Shown here: positions 48,274 through 61,300 of the stretch, piece by piece
Layout: every line of letters begins with the position of its first letter
How positions within the stretch are numbered: position 1 is the first letter of the stretch
Assembly: GCA_965178125.1 (NCBI GenBank)
Contig: OZ237771.1
Location: 496,001-560,000 of the forward strand
Origin: Bilabrum cf. latius
Lineage: Eukaryota
Reading direction: 5' to 3'
Length of the DNA: 64,000 nt
The notes under the pieces: model-generated
What the model was told of the DNA's origin: nothing
What the model saw: the letters and a program-made list of their open reading frames with translations, nothing else
The model's database searches: none
Program-made: the position numbers and the translations under genes

Positions 48274-51200
48274 ATGAGTGGCAGCGCGGGGAAGCGCGGT
48301 GGCGAGGCAAATTTTGGAACTGCTGACAAGCGCCAGTCCGGCAGCGCTGCGGGCGGGCTGGGCGGCATGCTGGCCGGTCTGCCCAAGGGAAAACTATTGC
48401 AGGGTCTTCGTGGCGCCCCGCCCCAGTCTCCCTCTCAGAGTGGCACCGGCACTGGCACTGGCACTGGCACTGGCACTGGGACTGGCACTGGCACTGGGAC
48501 TGGCACTGGGACAGGGAGCACCCGGGCCCCTGCACCAGCCCCAGCCGCTGGGCCAACGATGGGCCCCCAGCCCCCTTCCACAGGAAACGGGGCTGATCAA
48601 AATCTGCAGCCCGTCATCTAGTGGCTGCAGAACACATTGGCTACAGCTGCAGGGCCGGGCATGGCACGCGCTGCTCAACAGCAGCAGCAGCAGGCCGGCG
48701 GCATGGACCTGCAGCAGCAGCTGCAGCAGCAGAGGGGGGCACAGGCCGCAGCTCTCAGCGGCTTTGGTCTGGATGCGCAGGGTGCACTGCACGGCGCTGC
48801 ACATGCAGGCAATGATGCGGCGGCCGCCGCCGCCCTCGAGGGCGCAGTCTCCCAGATGCAGCCGCAGATGAGGAGGTATCTGGAGCAGGCCGCCCGCGCG
48901 CTGAGGGAGCGCCTGCTGCAGGTGGTGCGGCAGGGGGGGGCGGGGGGTGCGGGGGGGCCGGCGGTGTCTGTGGATGTGGAGCTGGACCCAGGGGGGGGAC
49001 AGTCCATTGGGGGGTGGGGGGCAGATCGGGGGAACCAGGGGGGGGGCGAGGGGGGGGGCGAGGGGGGGAGCGAGGGGGGGGGCGAGGGGGGGGGTGATCC
49101 CGACGCCGAGGCAGCGATCATGGCGTCTCTATTCGGGGGTGCATTGCCTGGTGGTGCGGGGGGCTCCGACGCGCAGGGGGCCCAGGCTGCATGGAACGGT
49201 CTGCAGCTGACTCTGGGGGCGGGGCTGGGGCTGGGCATGGGCATGGGCATGGGCATGGGGATGCAGGGGGCGGCCGCTGCGGCTGGGCTGGGTGGAGCAA
49301 CGGGTGCCCAGCTGCCGAATGCTGGTGGTGTCCAGGGTGCCCAGGGTGCGGGCAACCTGACCCCCGCCCAGGCCCAGCGGCAGCTCCGTCAGGCGATGGA
49401 GGCTGCTCTGGAGGCGCAGGCGGGGCTGGGGGGCGATGCCGCGGCTGCGTCTGCCTCTGCGGGAGGACCCTGGGAGGGGGAAGGAGTGGCTCCGATCGCG
49501 GCATTCAGGGCCACTCGGCCCGTGGAGGCGGGGGCGTGCGGGCCGTGCCGCTGCGGGAGGCGGTGGATGGGGAGGCAGCAGCAGCGGCTGGTGCGGCTGC
49601 TGGGGGCGGGGCCAGGGGATGAGGGGGCGAGGAGGGAAGCGTGCGCGGTGACTCCGGCGGAGGTGCTGCGTGTGCTAGAGCAAGCCGGCAGCTGTGCTGG
49701 GTGCCTGGGCCGCGTGCGGCGGATGGCCGAGGTGGCTGCCCTGGGGCAGGGCTGGCCGGATTTCGTGCGGCGGGTGTTTGACGTGCCTGGGGGGAAGGGT
49801 GCTCTCTCGTCCATCTTCGGGCAGGGGCCGGCGGAGGGGCTGGCGGAGCAGGGATTCGGAGCCGGGGTGGGCCCGGGGAACATGGGCACGGTGGCGTCCT
49901 CTGGAGGTAGCAGCGGGGGCGGGGGCGGCGGGGGGCGCAAGCGTGGTGGGGGCAGGCGCAGGGGCCGCAAGAAGTCGTCCAACCCTTCGTCTCAGTAGCA
50001 AGGCGGCGGGAATGCAGCGGGTGCCGGGACAGACGGGGCCGCATCGTCGGGTGCGCCCATCGACTCGAGATGCATTGCGTTGCGGCGCGACGTGCTGACG
50101 CACCCCCGTAACGTGGACCTGGTGGCTCGGCTGTTCGACCTCAAGGCACTGCTGGCGAGGCAGAGCGGCGAGAGTCCGCAGGGGGGACAGGGGGCCTTGC
50201 CGGGGGCGCAGGGGGGGGAGGGGAGTGGAAGTGGGGGGGGGGCATCGGGGTCCGGGGGCGGGGCAAGGAAGGGCGGGGGGAGGAAGGGGAAGCGCCGTGG
50301 ACGAGGGGGCGGCTCTGCCAGCTCCAGCGGGGCGGGGGGCGCCTCGACCCGGCTGCGGCGGTGCGCCCTTCACGCGAGTGTGGCCGTGGATGCCCTGACG
50401 CTGCTGCGGAGCGAGGAGGACGACGCGTGGATCGAGTGGTGGGACGTCCTGAGCACCCCCAGGAGGGCAGCGGCGCTGTGTGTGAGCATGGACGCGGTGC
50501 GGCAGGAGCTGCAGGACCACCTGCACGTGTACAGGTTCTGCCCGCACTGCGTGGTGAACGTGAAGCAGGCCTCTAGGCTGCTGGCGCACGGGCGGTTCCA
50601 CTACCCCGAGGAAGCGGCAGAGGCACGTGTGCTGGCGGAGGGGGGCTCGCGGGAGGAGGCGGCGCGGGTGTACGTGAAGGCGGCGCGGGCGCACGGGGTG
50701 TGGGGCGGGGGTGCTGCGGGTGACGGTGCGGCTGTGCGGGGCATGCCTTGGCTGATGCGGGGGGATGCGCCCGGTGTGCGGGAGGACGCGGGGAACAAAG
50801 ACAAGGGGAAAAGTAAGGGAGGGGGCGGTGGGTCCGAGTCGCATCCGTCGAGCACCGGTGGCATGCCGTTCCGCCGAGACCACTTCGCCTGCATGTCGAT
50901 GGGCGTGCCTCCCCCTAGCGCGCTGAGGCGATGGACCCGCTGGGCCAAGGCGGCCGCGGGGGGTGACAGGGGGCAGCAGGACGGGAGCCAGGGGGAGGGC
51001 GGGGCGCAGGAGGGCGATAATGTGACGAGTGTGACGGCGCACGCCCGCGCCGAGGACGCCTCCGAGGACGGCATGTACATCGAAGCGGCGCAGATCCTGG
51101 TGGACGAGGGGTGGGACCCGGAGTCTGTTCCCCGGGAGGAGCGGGAGGCCCTGGGGCTGGGCGAGGAGGGGGAGGAAGGGGGGGCGCAGGGGCACGAGGG

Positions 51201-54090
51201 GGCGCTGGTGGAGGGCGACCTGGCTCGCGATGATGAGGCGCCTCTGCTGCCACCGCCCCCTCTGGACCTGACCCCAGAGGAAAGCCTCACGCGGCTGATG
51301 CGCAAGGCTCTGTACCCTGACGGTGGTGGGCATCCGGAGAGAGATGCGGACCCTGAGGCGGAGCGTGCGGCTGAGGTGCAGGGGGCGGGCTGGGACATTG
51401 GGAGTCGGGCCGCGTTCGGGCAGCACGCGCACTCGCTTCTTCGCAAGCGGGGCCAGCTGCTGGTGAGTCCTGTGCACGCGCTGAGCGTGGTGCAGCTAGC
51501 CGTGCAGAGCTGTGCGCGCGATGCCCAGATGGTGGAGATGGGGCGCGGCGTGGACGAGAGGCATGCCACGACGGTGGAGAAGGCGCAGGTGGAGGTGGTG
51601 GTTTGCGTGGGGAAGGTGCTCCTGCGGCAGCTGAGGCGGCAGTGGCTCGAGCAGCGGCTGGAGAACAGGTGCCACGACCTCTTCGTGGCGGGGGCCCTGG
51701 GGGCGTTGGAGGCGCGGCTGGCAGGTGACCCTGCCTATGCCCGGGGGCTGGCGGGGGCAGGCGGGGTCCGTGGTGCAGGTGGGGGTCGGTTGCGGCTTGC
51801 GGATGGGGGCAGGCAGGGCCCGGGAGGTCGGGGGGCGGGGGGAGGGCCTAAAGGGGGAAGTGGCAAGGGGGGCGCCATGACGGCCTCTGAGCTGGCGGCC
51901 CAGCTGGCTGCTGCAGATGCTGGCGGTGAGGAGAGCGGGGGGGCTGGGGGCGCGTCTGGGGGCAAGGGCAAGGGGAAAGGGAAGGGGGGAGGGAGGAGCA
52001 AGAGCAAGAGCAAGAAAGGGGGTGGGGGTATCACGCATGGTGACAGTGCTGCAAGCGGTGTGCCTCAGGACCCCGTGGGCTCAATGACGTCAAAACACGG
52101 GGATGGAGATGGAGATGGAGATGGGGCGTGGTCCGAGGAGGCAGAGGCTAGGCTGCTGGCGGCTATGGGTTGGAACGAGGGGGCCACGGGAGCTGGGCCT
52201 GGGTCTGGACTTGGAGAGGGTGTGGAGTTGTCTGAGCGTCTCAAGTCCCGCGCGAGTCGATTCCTGGAGAGAAGGAAGCTCGAAGATGGGGATGGGGATG
52301 GGGATGGGGATGGGGACGGGGACGGGGCCTCGATGCCGATGGAGGAGGGCAAGGGAGAGGAGATGGAGGACGAGGCCGGGCTAGGGAACAGGGGCAAGGG
52401 CAAGGGGTCGAGCAAAGCCGGCAATGGCAAGGACAGGGACAAGGACAAGGGCAAGGCCACTGGTGGGGGCAAGCTTGCGGGAAGTGGCAAAGGTAAGGCC
52501 ATCAAGCCGAGGGTCCCTTGTTCATCCCCTTGCTGCGTGCGACGTGCCTCGGCCTGGAGGCGGGTGCCAGCCCCCGGGGAGATGTCGCTGCTGCCCGCGC
52601 TGCTGCCTGGACTGAATGGGCTGAACGACGCGCTGTAGGCAGTCGGGTGGGTCGACGATGACGAAGAGGAGGGTGAGGAGGGCGAGGATGAATCGGGATC
52701 AGTGGGTGGTGAGGACGGGGTCTCCTTGGAGAGTGACTCGACCAAGCACCGGCTGCAGCCCGGCGGGGTGCGTGCAGGGTCGGGTGCAAGGGGGGAAGAA
52801 GCCCCCGAGGACATCGATGAGGAAGAGGAAGGGGAAGGGGAAGGGAACGAGGTAGAGAGATAGGACAGGCAGCAAGGAGCACCCGGTGGAGTCAGGGGCA
52901 AAGCCAGAGGCACTGCCAGAGGAAAGGGGGCAGGCGAAGCAGTGGGCAAGGGTGCAGGTGACCTTGCCGAGCTAGCAGCTGCAGCCCGCATGAGTCAGGG
53001 GACATCGCCAGCGCAGGAGTAGGCCAGGCGGAAGCAGAGGGAGGCCCTGCGGGAGAGGCTCAAGAGGCAGTTCGAGGCCACTGTGGGGAAAGGGGACAGG
53101 GTGGGCAAAGGGGGAGATGCCACCGATACGACGTCAGCCGGCGGAGCCACTCGCGAAACAGCCTAGGGGTAGAGCGGGGGTAAGCGTAAGGGGCAGGGAC
53201 AGGGACAGGGTGAGTCCAGCCCCGTGTCTTCCCCTCTGCTGCAGGGGGTCACTGGTCCTGGGCCATCCACTGGCACTGGCACTGGCACTGGCGGCAGCCT
53301 GAAGGGAGGTCCGGAGGGTCCACCCGGCCTCTCCCTTGGGGTTGGGGCAGGGCAGGGGGTGGGGTCTGGAGGTCTTCACGGTGGGGGGTTGCCCTCTGGA
53401 GGTCTTGGGGGCGGACTGGGGGGTCTGCTGGGACAGGCCAGCTATGGAGAGGGTGGGCTCGGTGTGACGAGTGCGCCTGGTGTTACGGGCGGCTTGCTCG
53501 GATCAGGAGGAGACGTGCAGTCTAGCGCCCATGCTGGTGGTGTGACGAGTGTCCATGCTGGTGGTGTGACGAGTGTCCATGCTGGTGGTGGAGACAGGCG
53601 TATTGCTGTTGGGGGGAGCGGGAGTGCAACAGGTGCCGGTGCCGGTGCTGGTGCTGGTGCTGGTGCTGGTGCTGGTGCTGGTGCACCGAGCCAGGTGCCG
53701 TCTGGGTCTGGTGGTGTGCTTGCTGCCAGTGGAGGTCCGCTGGGGCTCGGCATGGGCATGGGCGTGGGTGTGGGTGGAGGGCACGGGCACGGACCTCTGG
53801 GGCTGGGCATGGGCAGCGCGGGGGATGGGCTTGGGCTTGGGCTCGGGGGCGGGGGGAGCTTGGACGGCATGTCCATGGGGGCCATGGGGCTGCAGGGACT
53901 GGGGCTTGAGGGGGGCTCTAACGCACTGTCAATGAGTGTAAGTGCGAGTGGTGGGCAGCAGGGGGATGGTGCCGGTTAGGGGAAGGATGCGGATAAGGGT
54001 GCTCCCAAAGAAAAGGGCAAGAGCAAGGGCAAGGGAAAACCGAAGGGCAAAGGAAAGGGCAAGGGCAAGGGGAAGAAGGGCAAGCGCTGA
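48274..54090 (+). CDS. GGNBP2: Gametogenetin-binding protein 2 (ZNF403)-like protein, expanded
   Basis: One frame with TAG read-through to TGA 54088-54090. Blocks CAGCLGRV, HLHVYRFCPHCVVNV, ERHATTVEKAQVEVVVCVG..L...LRRQW and REALRERLKRQF resemble GGNBP2 blocks as I recall them (CVGCRRSV, RFCTDCK, ERHAKTIDIAQEEVLTCLG). Confidence 0.78.
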
Positions 54091-54307
54091 GCAACATGCC
54101 AACAGAAGTTCACCTATTAACTTGATCTACGCAAAAACTAACGATGATGCCGCCGCAGTACCATTGTGGCTTGGAACATTGCAGCCGGCTTGCCATCATC
54201 ACATGATGCCAGTGGAGCCACGAACCCACCGGTGGCCCGCCGGTGGATACTCTCAATTTAGAAGTTCTTGGAACTGAAAAGAGCAGAAACATACACAACG
54301 TTGTGCC

Positions 54308-55831
54308 ATGCAAATAGCAGGTGGTATACTAAGGACCGATAGGTAGACCGAAACGGCTTCAGCCTATGCCTCGAGCGGCTCGGGTGCAATTCACGGGACT
54401 ACCGTTGGGAGCAGCACAAATATGCTGGCATCGACGCCTACCGCGAACCAGGAACGAGATGGCGCACCAATGAAGGTCCAACCTCGCCCTGCTATTCCGC
54501 TTACTAGTCCGCTATCGCTCTCTAGGCGCGGTTACCGGCAGCCACACCGGAAGGTCGGCCTGTCAATTGCTGTTCGTGGCGACTACATCCGGAATCCAGC
54601 AATGTTACAGCATCAAGGTAATTCGAGTAGCCTGCTCAATGATTTTTAGACTCACAGTCTCAATAGTAGTAGGATCAGTGTCATGGATCCGTTTTCCAAA
54701 CGGAAAGAAATTACAAATTTGTCGAGAAGAGGTGCAAGGGCCACACCGCATTGCATGCCAGTGGCACTGGTGAGTCCATCCTTGCCTGACCACACGAAGG
54801 CAGTGCTGATGCGGGGGGATCTTGCGGGCGAGGCCAAGCCCCAGGGACAGCTGCGACTGGTATCCCGTTTAGACGACCACCCAGCTCCCCCTGGACACGG
54901 CGGCCAGCGCACTAGCACTAGTGCTACCACTACCACTGGTGGCACTGGCAGTGGCTATGCACGCCACAGCCAGGATAATTTTGTGGCAGAGCCGTCTGCA
55001 TCCAGCACTGACTCTGCAAATGGCAGTGTCGATGGTTCAAGTGCCACTGCACCCTCATGTGGTCCAGCCCAGGACCCCGATCGCCGGGCCGGGCTGCCCC
55101 CCCCTCCAGGCCGACGGGGGGGCGGGGGCGAGGGGACAGCTAGTGGACTGGCCGATGCAATCGACGCGCGATCTCGGGCCCGCCGCCGCTCCGTGGTTTT
55201 GTTTGCGATTGAAGAGGCTGGTCAACAGCGGGCCTGGGAGGGTACAGGGAACGGTGGTGCAGCTGGACCACCAAAAGGGGGTACGCATGCTTCGGACTCG
55301 CTCGATCCCGACCCACGTGCACTACCAGTGCGTGGTGGTGGTGGCGGTGGTGGTGCATTCGCGCTGGGCCAGGCCGCCCAGGAGGACGGTACACAGCGGG
55401 CCCGGCGGGAGGGGAGGAGGATCCTGGCTGGGATCGAGGCGGAGCGTGTGACGAGTGCGGGCTCATCCCCAGCCGCTGCCGCAGCGCTCGAGTGCCGCCC
55501 CCTGGCCATGGCACGGGAGGCACTCCTGCGGCCAGCGGGTGCATCGCACTGCAGCGCATCCACCGAGCGCCTCCTCCGATCTCTCCGGCGGAGGGGAGGG
55601 GGGGACCCCGAGGGATGGGGGTGGGGGGCTCGCCCTGTGCAGCTGCAAGATCTGGCACTGCTGCCTGATGGCGCACTCGTCACACCATCGGAATCAGGGT
55701 CGGTCGGAGCTGCAGCTGCGACGACGGGTGGAGCTGTGACCGGGGAGCGCGGGCGTGTGATGGAGGCAGTCAGGGGGCTGGCTGACGTGGTGAGTGCGGT
55801 GCGGCGGGCTGCGGTGCTGGCACAGGGGTGA
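54308..55831 (+). CDS. Hypothetical protein
   Basis: ORFs 54422-54649 and 54683-55831 share a frame joined by TAG. The frame extends up to ATG 54308 through one more TAG and ends in TGA. Confidence 0.55.
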
Positions 55832-55992
55832 TGGAGGCAGTCGGGGGTGGTCAAGCAAGCAGCAAGTAGTTGTGTACTATAGTGGTCATTAGTTGGAGCT
55901 GGGTGATTTGCGATGGGGATTACTGGGTCATCGCGGACCAGACCATCAAGCAGCCGAGAAATGGTTCTTTCATGCGAATCATTTTTTATTCT

Positions 55993-57069
55993 TCACATGC
56001 CCCCGCGCACAGTCGGCACGGCCCCGAGTAGAAACCCCCTGACCTGCGCGCTCCAGTCTCTGGCCCCGCGCTGGGACCACGCGGGCAGCGCCACAATGCC
56101 CTGCACCTCGGCCCCCTCCGCACGCATCACTGCGTCCTGACCCCCCTGCTGCCCCTGTCCGACATTATCGGCTCCGAGTCCAGTCCATCCTTCGTCGTTC
56201 TGCGCCGCCGCCGCAGCCCCTGATGACTACGACCCCGCCCCCGCCCCCGCCCCCGCCCCCTGGGCCCCCACCACGAGCACCAGCCACCATGCAGCGTCCT
56301 CGTCCTGGCGGCGCTCAGTCGCACTCGTCACAACTACATCAGTTCGATCGCTACCCACCTTGTATCGACCAGCAGTTGCCCCTCCTTGGCCCCCATCGTC
56401 TCCTTCACTCGTCACACCCATCCTCTGCAGATCCTTGCGCCCGAGCCGCGCCCCTGCCGCCGTGGCCAGTCCCAGCCCTGCGCCCCGCGCCGTCACCACC
56501 TCCACCAAGTCAGTACGCAGCAGCACCTCCCCGCACTCGTCAGTACCCTCCCCACATGCCACCCTCATCGAGTCCAAAGCCGTGCCTGTCCACAGCACTA
56601 CCTACCCCGCTCCCTATCCCTGGCCGTGTCCCTATTGGCCTCTGGCGAGCACCAAGGAGGTCACCTTGGTCCAGAGGCACAGACCTAGTCCAAGCAGCAG
56701 GGAAACGACCGCTCCTACCGGGATGCCCCAGGATCGTGCCCTCCCCGGGCTCTTGGGAAACACAGCGCGACCCGCCGAATCTGGTGCAGAGGCAACCACG
56801 ACAAGAAGAACTCCTACAGCCAGCAGAATAATACCCACCGCCACTTGGCCCCACTGAGCCGTCCACAACCTCAATTCACTAGTTCCTGAATTGACCAAGA
56901 CGCCTTGCGTGGTAGTTGCTGCCGCTCGCAGCTCTGCATGCTCTCTGTCTTGCTCGCCGTGCTCCGTCGCTGCGGCCGCCAACCGCTACTGGTCATGCTC
57001 CCCTGCTCGCTGGCCACGCCGACCCATACGGGTTGCACCGAATCGAGCACCTGCAAATGCCGATGCCAT
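55993..57069 (-). CDS. Hypothetical membrane protein with two predicted TM helices
   Basis: One frame from ATG 57069 to TGA 55993 with four TAGs. Hydrophobic stretches: VAVGIILLAVGVLLVVVA and WGIPVGAVVSLLLGLGLCLW. Confidence 0.7.
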
Positions 57070-57365
57070 GTCAAACGATCAGAGCTCACTCCTTGTCACT
57101 GCAACAGGACTTTCCCAATCGACCCACCAGTGGACCAAGTGCTTTGTTTTGTGAATTGCGCGGCAGAAAATAACGTGTTAGGTTAGCTAGGGTACAAAAT
57201 TTCCTTCTCTGAAGCCAAGCCCTTCAATTATGTCTGATATTGTGTGGATTCGAGCTGCTTCGGATTGAGCAACGGCTCGCAGGGTGATGACGAGAGCAGT
57301 ATTGTGCTGCGCGCAGCACAGTGCGTCGCCAAGAAACTGATTTTATGCGCAACCGAGGTTGATCA

Positions 57366-58216
57366 TTAGTATCGCCTGCCCATGCGCGCGGCTACCTGCC
57401 TCATTTGGTTGTAGACCTTGCCCGGGGGCGCCCCGAGGATGAGCGAGCAGATCGCATCCCTGGCCACCTGGATGTTCCCGTGTGCGCCCATCACGTGGAA
57501 CCGAGTGCCCGCCACCACAATCCTAGTACGCGTGGCATTTTCAATGGCCACCCTGGTCTTGCCCCCTGTGCCCGCCACCCTCCCCACAGCCCTGCTCAGG
57601 TGCTCCCCCTTGAGCATCCTCACGTCCTGCACGTCGAACGACTCCACGTACAGGTCGTCCACCCGCAGCAGCGCCACCGCGTCCGCCACGTCAAAGCCCG
57701 CCATGAAGGCACGCACGAAGTCCTCCGCCTTCTGCAGCGCCCCGCTGTCCTTGGTCGCAGGTCCCCGTCGCATCTCCACAGACCTCGTCTTGGTGTTGAA
57801 GCGTACCTGCAGGCCCAGAGCGTCCACCAATGGACGCATTATCTTAGGCCAGCACTCGCGGAGAGGCGTGTATCGATGTGGCGGGCACCGAATGCTCCTA
57901 GTAGCAGTCACGGCAGAAGATGGGCCCGCAGTCTGCGCGACATGACTAGTTGTGCGAGTAGGCAGTATTGTTCATGCGCAATCGGCTGAATCGCAAGACA
58001 CAAAGGCACACCACGCATAGCAATTCTACTTACGGCTGCAGCAACGGATGCTTTGGAAGCTGGACTGAAGGATGGCGCAGCTCCTGCTGGGGTTGTCGAG
58101 GCAGAACTGCTGATAGGAATGTCATCGGAATCCATAGCCGCTGCCCCACCACTTGCAGCTGCTCGAGAGCCAGCATCCATAGGAAGCGAAGGTAGTGCAC
58201 TTCCAGAGCTAGCCAT
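57366..58216 (-). CDS. PNO1: Pre-rRNA processing KH-domain protein PNO1/Dim2
   Basis: Exon 1 58216-58034, intron GTAAGT...GCAG 58033-57933. Motifs PPHRYTPLRECWPKI, LLRVDDLYVESF, HLSRAVGRVAGTGGKT, IENATRTRIV and LILGAPPGKVY. Ends in TAA followed directly by TGA. Confidence 0.95.
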
Positions 58217-58350
58217 AAGTAGTAGAGTTTATACTGTTGCTAATTCTTGCAGTTGCTGTTCCCAGCTAACGGAACCACGAACCAATGAATGCGCGGCGCC
58301 ACCAGAGGCAACGCGAGCGGAGCCCCGATCTCGGCCAGTCGTACCTAAGC

Positions 58351-61300
58351 ATGGGTTGCGGGCAGTCCTTAGATCAGTCTCAGCATGAACCTGCAAGGCG
58401 ATCAGAAAGAAACAACGATAGTGACGTAGTCCTCCTGCAGTAGCCGGCGAACGTCCTGCGGTACGTACGCCACGATGAACGTGGCGTATCCGGTGGGACG
58501 TTCATCGTAGACCGGACACAAGGAGTGAGGCATACCAAAGGATGGTGTGACTCCGACTCTCATTATTCTCATCTTCCTGCGGTCTTCAAGTTTCTTTGCA
58601 CGTATCTCAGACGCAGAGTGCTGCGCTTCTCGAGTTGGGCGCACACCGTCAAGGAGTCGAAAAACCATGCACCATCTTCGCCATAAATCGCGACATGTAG
58701 CACAAAGATACCATATCGAGTTAGAATATCATTTCAAGGTGGAAAACGGTGGTATCCTGCGTGTAGAAGTGAGATTCTGTCATTTGCAAGTCACAGTGAC
58801 GAGGCAAGCTACCCTCACGTCACGTCAGCTTTACAACCGTTCAAGGAGTCATTCGCACCTCGCAGAATCCCTTCGTCGGAACCTAGCATATTGCCTACGG
58901 AGGTACTTGTGGCAGACCCTGCGTCACCTCAAGGGCTGGCCCAGCACAGTCCAGAAAACCAAGCCATAGCGGTGCTGTCGGATGGAGGGCTCACAGTAAG
59001 TCAGCTCCTGCAAGCCACAGGGCCCCTGGCAGAGGTAAAGGCCCGGTCCATGGCATGTCGAGTGCTCGTGGCACTCACTCGCCTGCAGGAAATCACGGGC
59101 CGCAGATGGCACTCCCAGGTGGCCCCATGCTCAGTGCACGCGAGCGCATCCAGCGGATTCAGACTGAGGCCATTCATAGGGACAGAAACAGCGCTCGAGG
59201 CAGCTACACGTGACCCTGAAGGCGGATCTTCGCGAGGCTCCATGGCACTCTACCGCTCCCACATGGCCCCCGAGCTGGCGGCGAGCGTCCTCGGCGGTGG
59301 GGGGGCCCACACGACACTGTCCCCGGGGTTTGTGCAAGACTGCTTCAGCCTGGGTATGCTGCTGTTCAATGCGCTCACTGGAGAGATGCCCTGGAGTACG
59401 GGAATGTGGGCACTGGCTGCACTGCACGATGGTGCGACTGTCCTGCGCTCCTGGGCCGAGAGGCGCCTGAGAGCTGGGGGGCCGAGGGCGAGGGCGAGGG
59501 CGAGGGCGGTGCGGATGGACGGCGGTAAAAGACTGCCCACCGTGACTGAGCTGGTGGGCTAGATCCAATATACTGCGGTGCTATCGAGTGAGTTTGGGTT
59601 TGACGTCGATGCAGGGCCACAGTCCAGGCTTCCTCACGAGCAGGGGGGTGGGGAGGAAGCCGAGAGGGCGCACATGGCCGGCCAGACTGGGGTGCATGTG
59701 ATGAGTCGAATCTCGGAGCAGTCTCCAAGCCAAAGGGCAAGTCGGGTGTCCGTTAATTTCAAGAGAAGCCAGGTATCCGATGTGCCCGGGCTAGTATCTG
59801 ATGGCAGTGAGCACTCGAGCGGGGAAGAGCCGGAGGTAGGATCTGTGATTCTTGGAGATGCGGGTGAGGCAGCATCCCTTGTGGGTGGGCCCTCGGGCGA
59901 TGGTCCTGGTCTGTAGCACCGCGACTCGAGGGGAAGCATGGGCAGCGTGGGGTCATTCGCATCTGTCAAGCTGATGAGGCCCGTGGGCGGGTCTAGGGGT
60001 AGAATTGGGGAGGAGAGGCAGGAGCAAGGCGTAGAGGATGGGCGGGATATGGACGCATAGAGCGAGTCGAGCGGGGAAGAGCCGGAGGTAGGATCTGTGA
60101 TTCTTGGAGATGCGGGTGAGGCAGCATCCCTTGTGGGTGGGCCCTCGGGCGATGGTCCTGGTCTGTAGCACCGCGACTCGAGGGGAAGCATGGGCAGCGT
60201 GGGGTCATTCGCATCTGTCAAGCTGATGCGGCCCGTGGGCGGGTCTAGGGGTAGAATTGGGGAGGAGAGGCAGGAGCAAGGCGTAGAGGATGGGCGGGAT
60301 ATGGACGCATAGAGCGAGTCGAGCGGGGAAGAGCCGGAGGTAGGATCTGTGATTCTTGGAGATGCGGGTGAGGCAGCATCCCTTGTGGGTGGGCCCTCGG
60401 GCGATGGTCCTGGTCTGTAGCACCGCGACTCGAGGGGAAGCATGGGCAGCGTGGGGTCATTCGCATCTGTCAAGCTGATGCGGCCCGTGGGCGGGTCTAG
60501 GGGTAGAATTGGGGAGGAGAGGCAGGAGCAAGGCGTAGAGGATGGGCGGGATATGGACGCATAGAGCGAGTCGAGCGGGGAAGAGCCGGAGGTAGGATCT
60601 GTGATTCTTGGAGATGCGGGTGAGGCAGCATCCCTTGTGGGTGGGCCCTCGGGCGATGGTCCTGGTCTGTAGCACCGCGACTCGAGGGGAAGCATGGGCA
60701 GCGTGGGGTCATTCGCATCTGTCAAGCTGATGCGGCCCGTGGGCGGGTCTAGGGGTAGAATTGGGGAGGAGAGGCAGGAGCAAGGCGTAGAGGATGGGCG
60801 GGATATGGACGCATAGAGCGAGTCGAGCGGGGAAGAGCCGGAGGTAGGATCTGTGATTCTTGGAGATGCGGGTGAGGCAGCATCCCTTGTGGGTGGGCCC
60901 TCGGGCGATGGTCCTGGTCTGTAGCACCGCGACTCGAGGGGAAGCATGGGCAGCGTGGGGTCATTCGCATCTGTCAAGCTGATGCGGCCCGTGGGCGGGT
61001 CTAGGGGTAGAATTGGGGAGGAGAGGCAGGAGCAAGGCGTAGAGGATGGGCGGGATATGGACGCATAGAGCGAGTCGAGCGGGGAAGAGCCGGAGGTAGG
61101 ATCTGTGATTCTTGGAGATGCGGGTGAGGCAGCATCAGTGGTGGGAGCTGAAGAGGGTCGTTCTGTCTTAACAATGGGTGGCCCCAGCCTAGAGTCTCCC
61201 GCCGGATCAGTCAAGCTCATGTTGCCTCCAGCAGCCGGGCGCCTGTCTCGGCCCCGGAAGAAGCCCGCATGGGAGGTTGCAGCAGCAGAGGCCCGCAACA

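Noticed and set aside
59815-61136. Regular repeat array as a possible CRISPR
   Set aside because: The units are contiguous and identical with no unique spacers, and no cas genes are present. It is a coding minisatellite; the same applies to 34251-34604.
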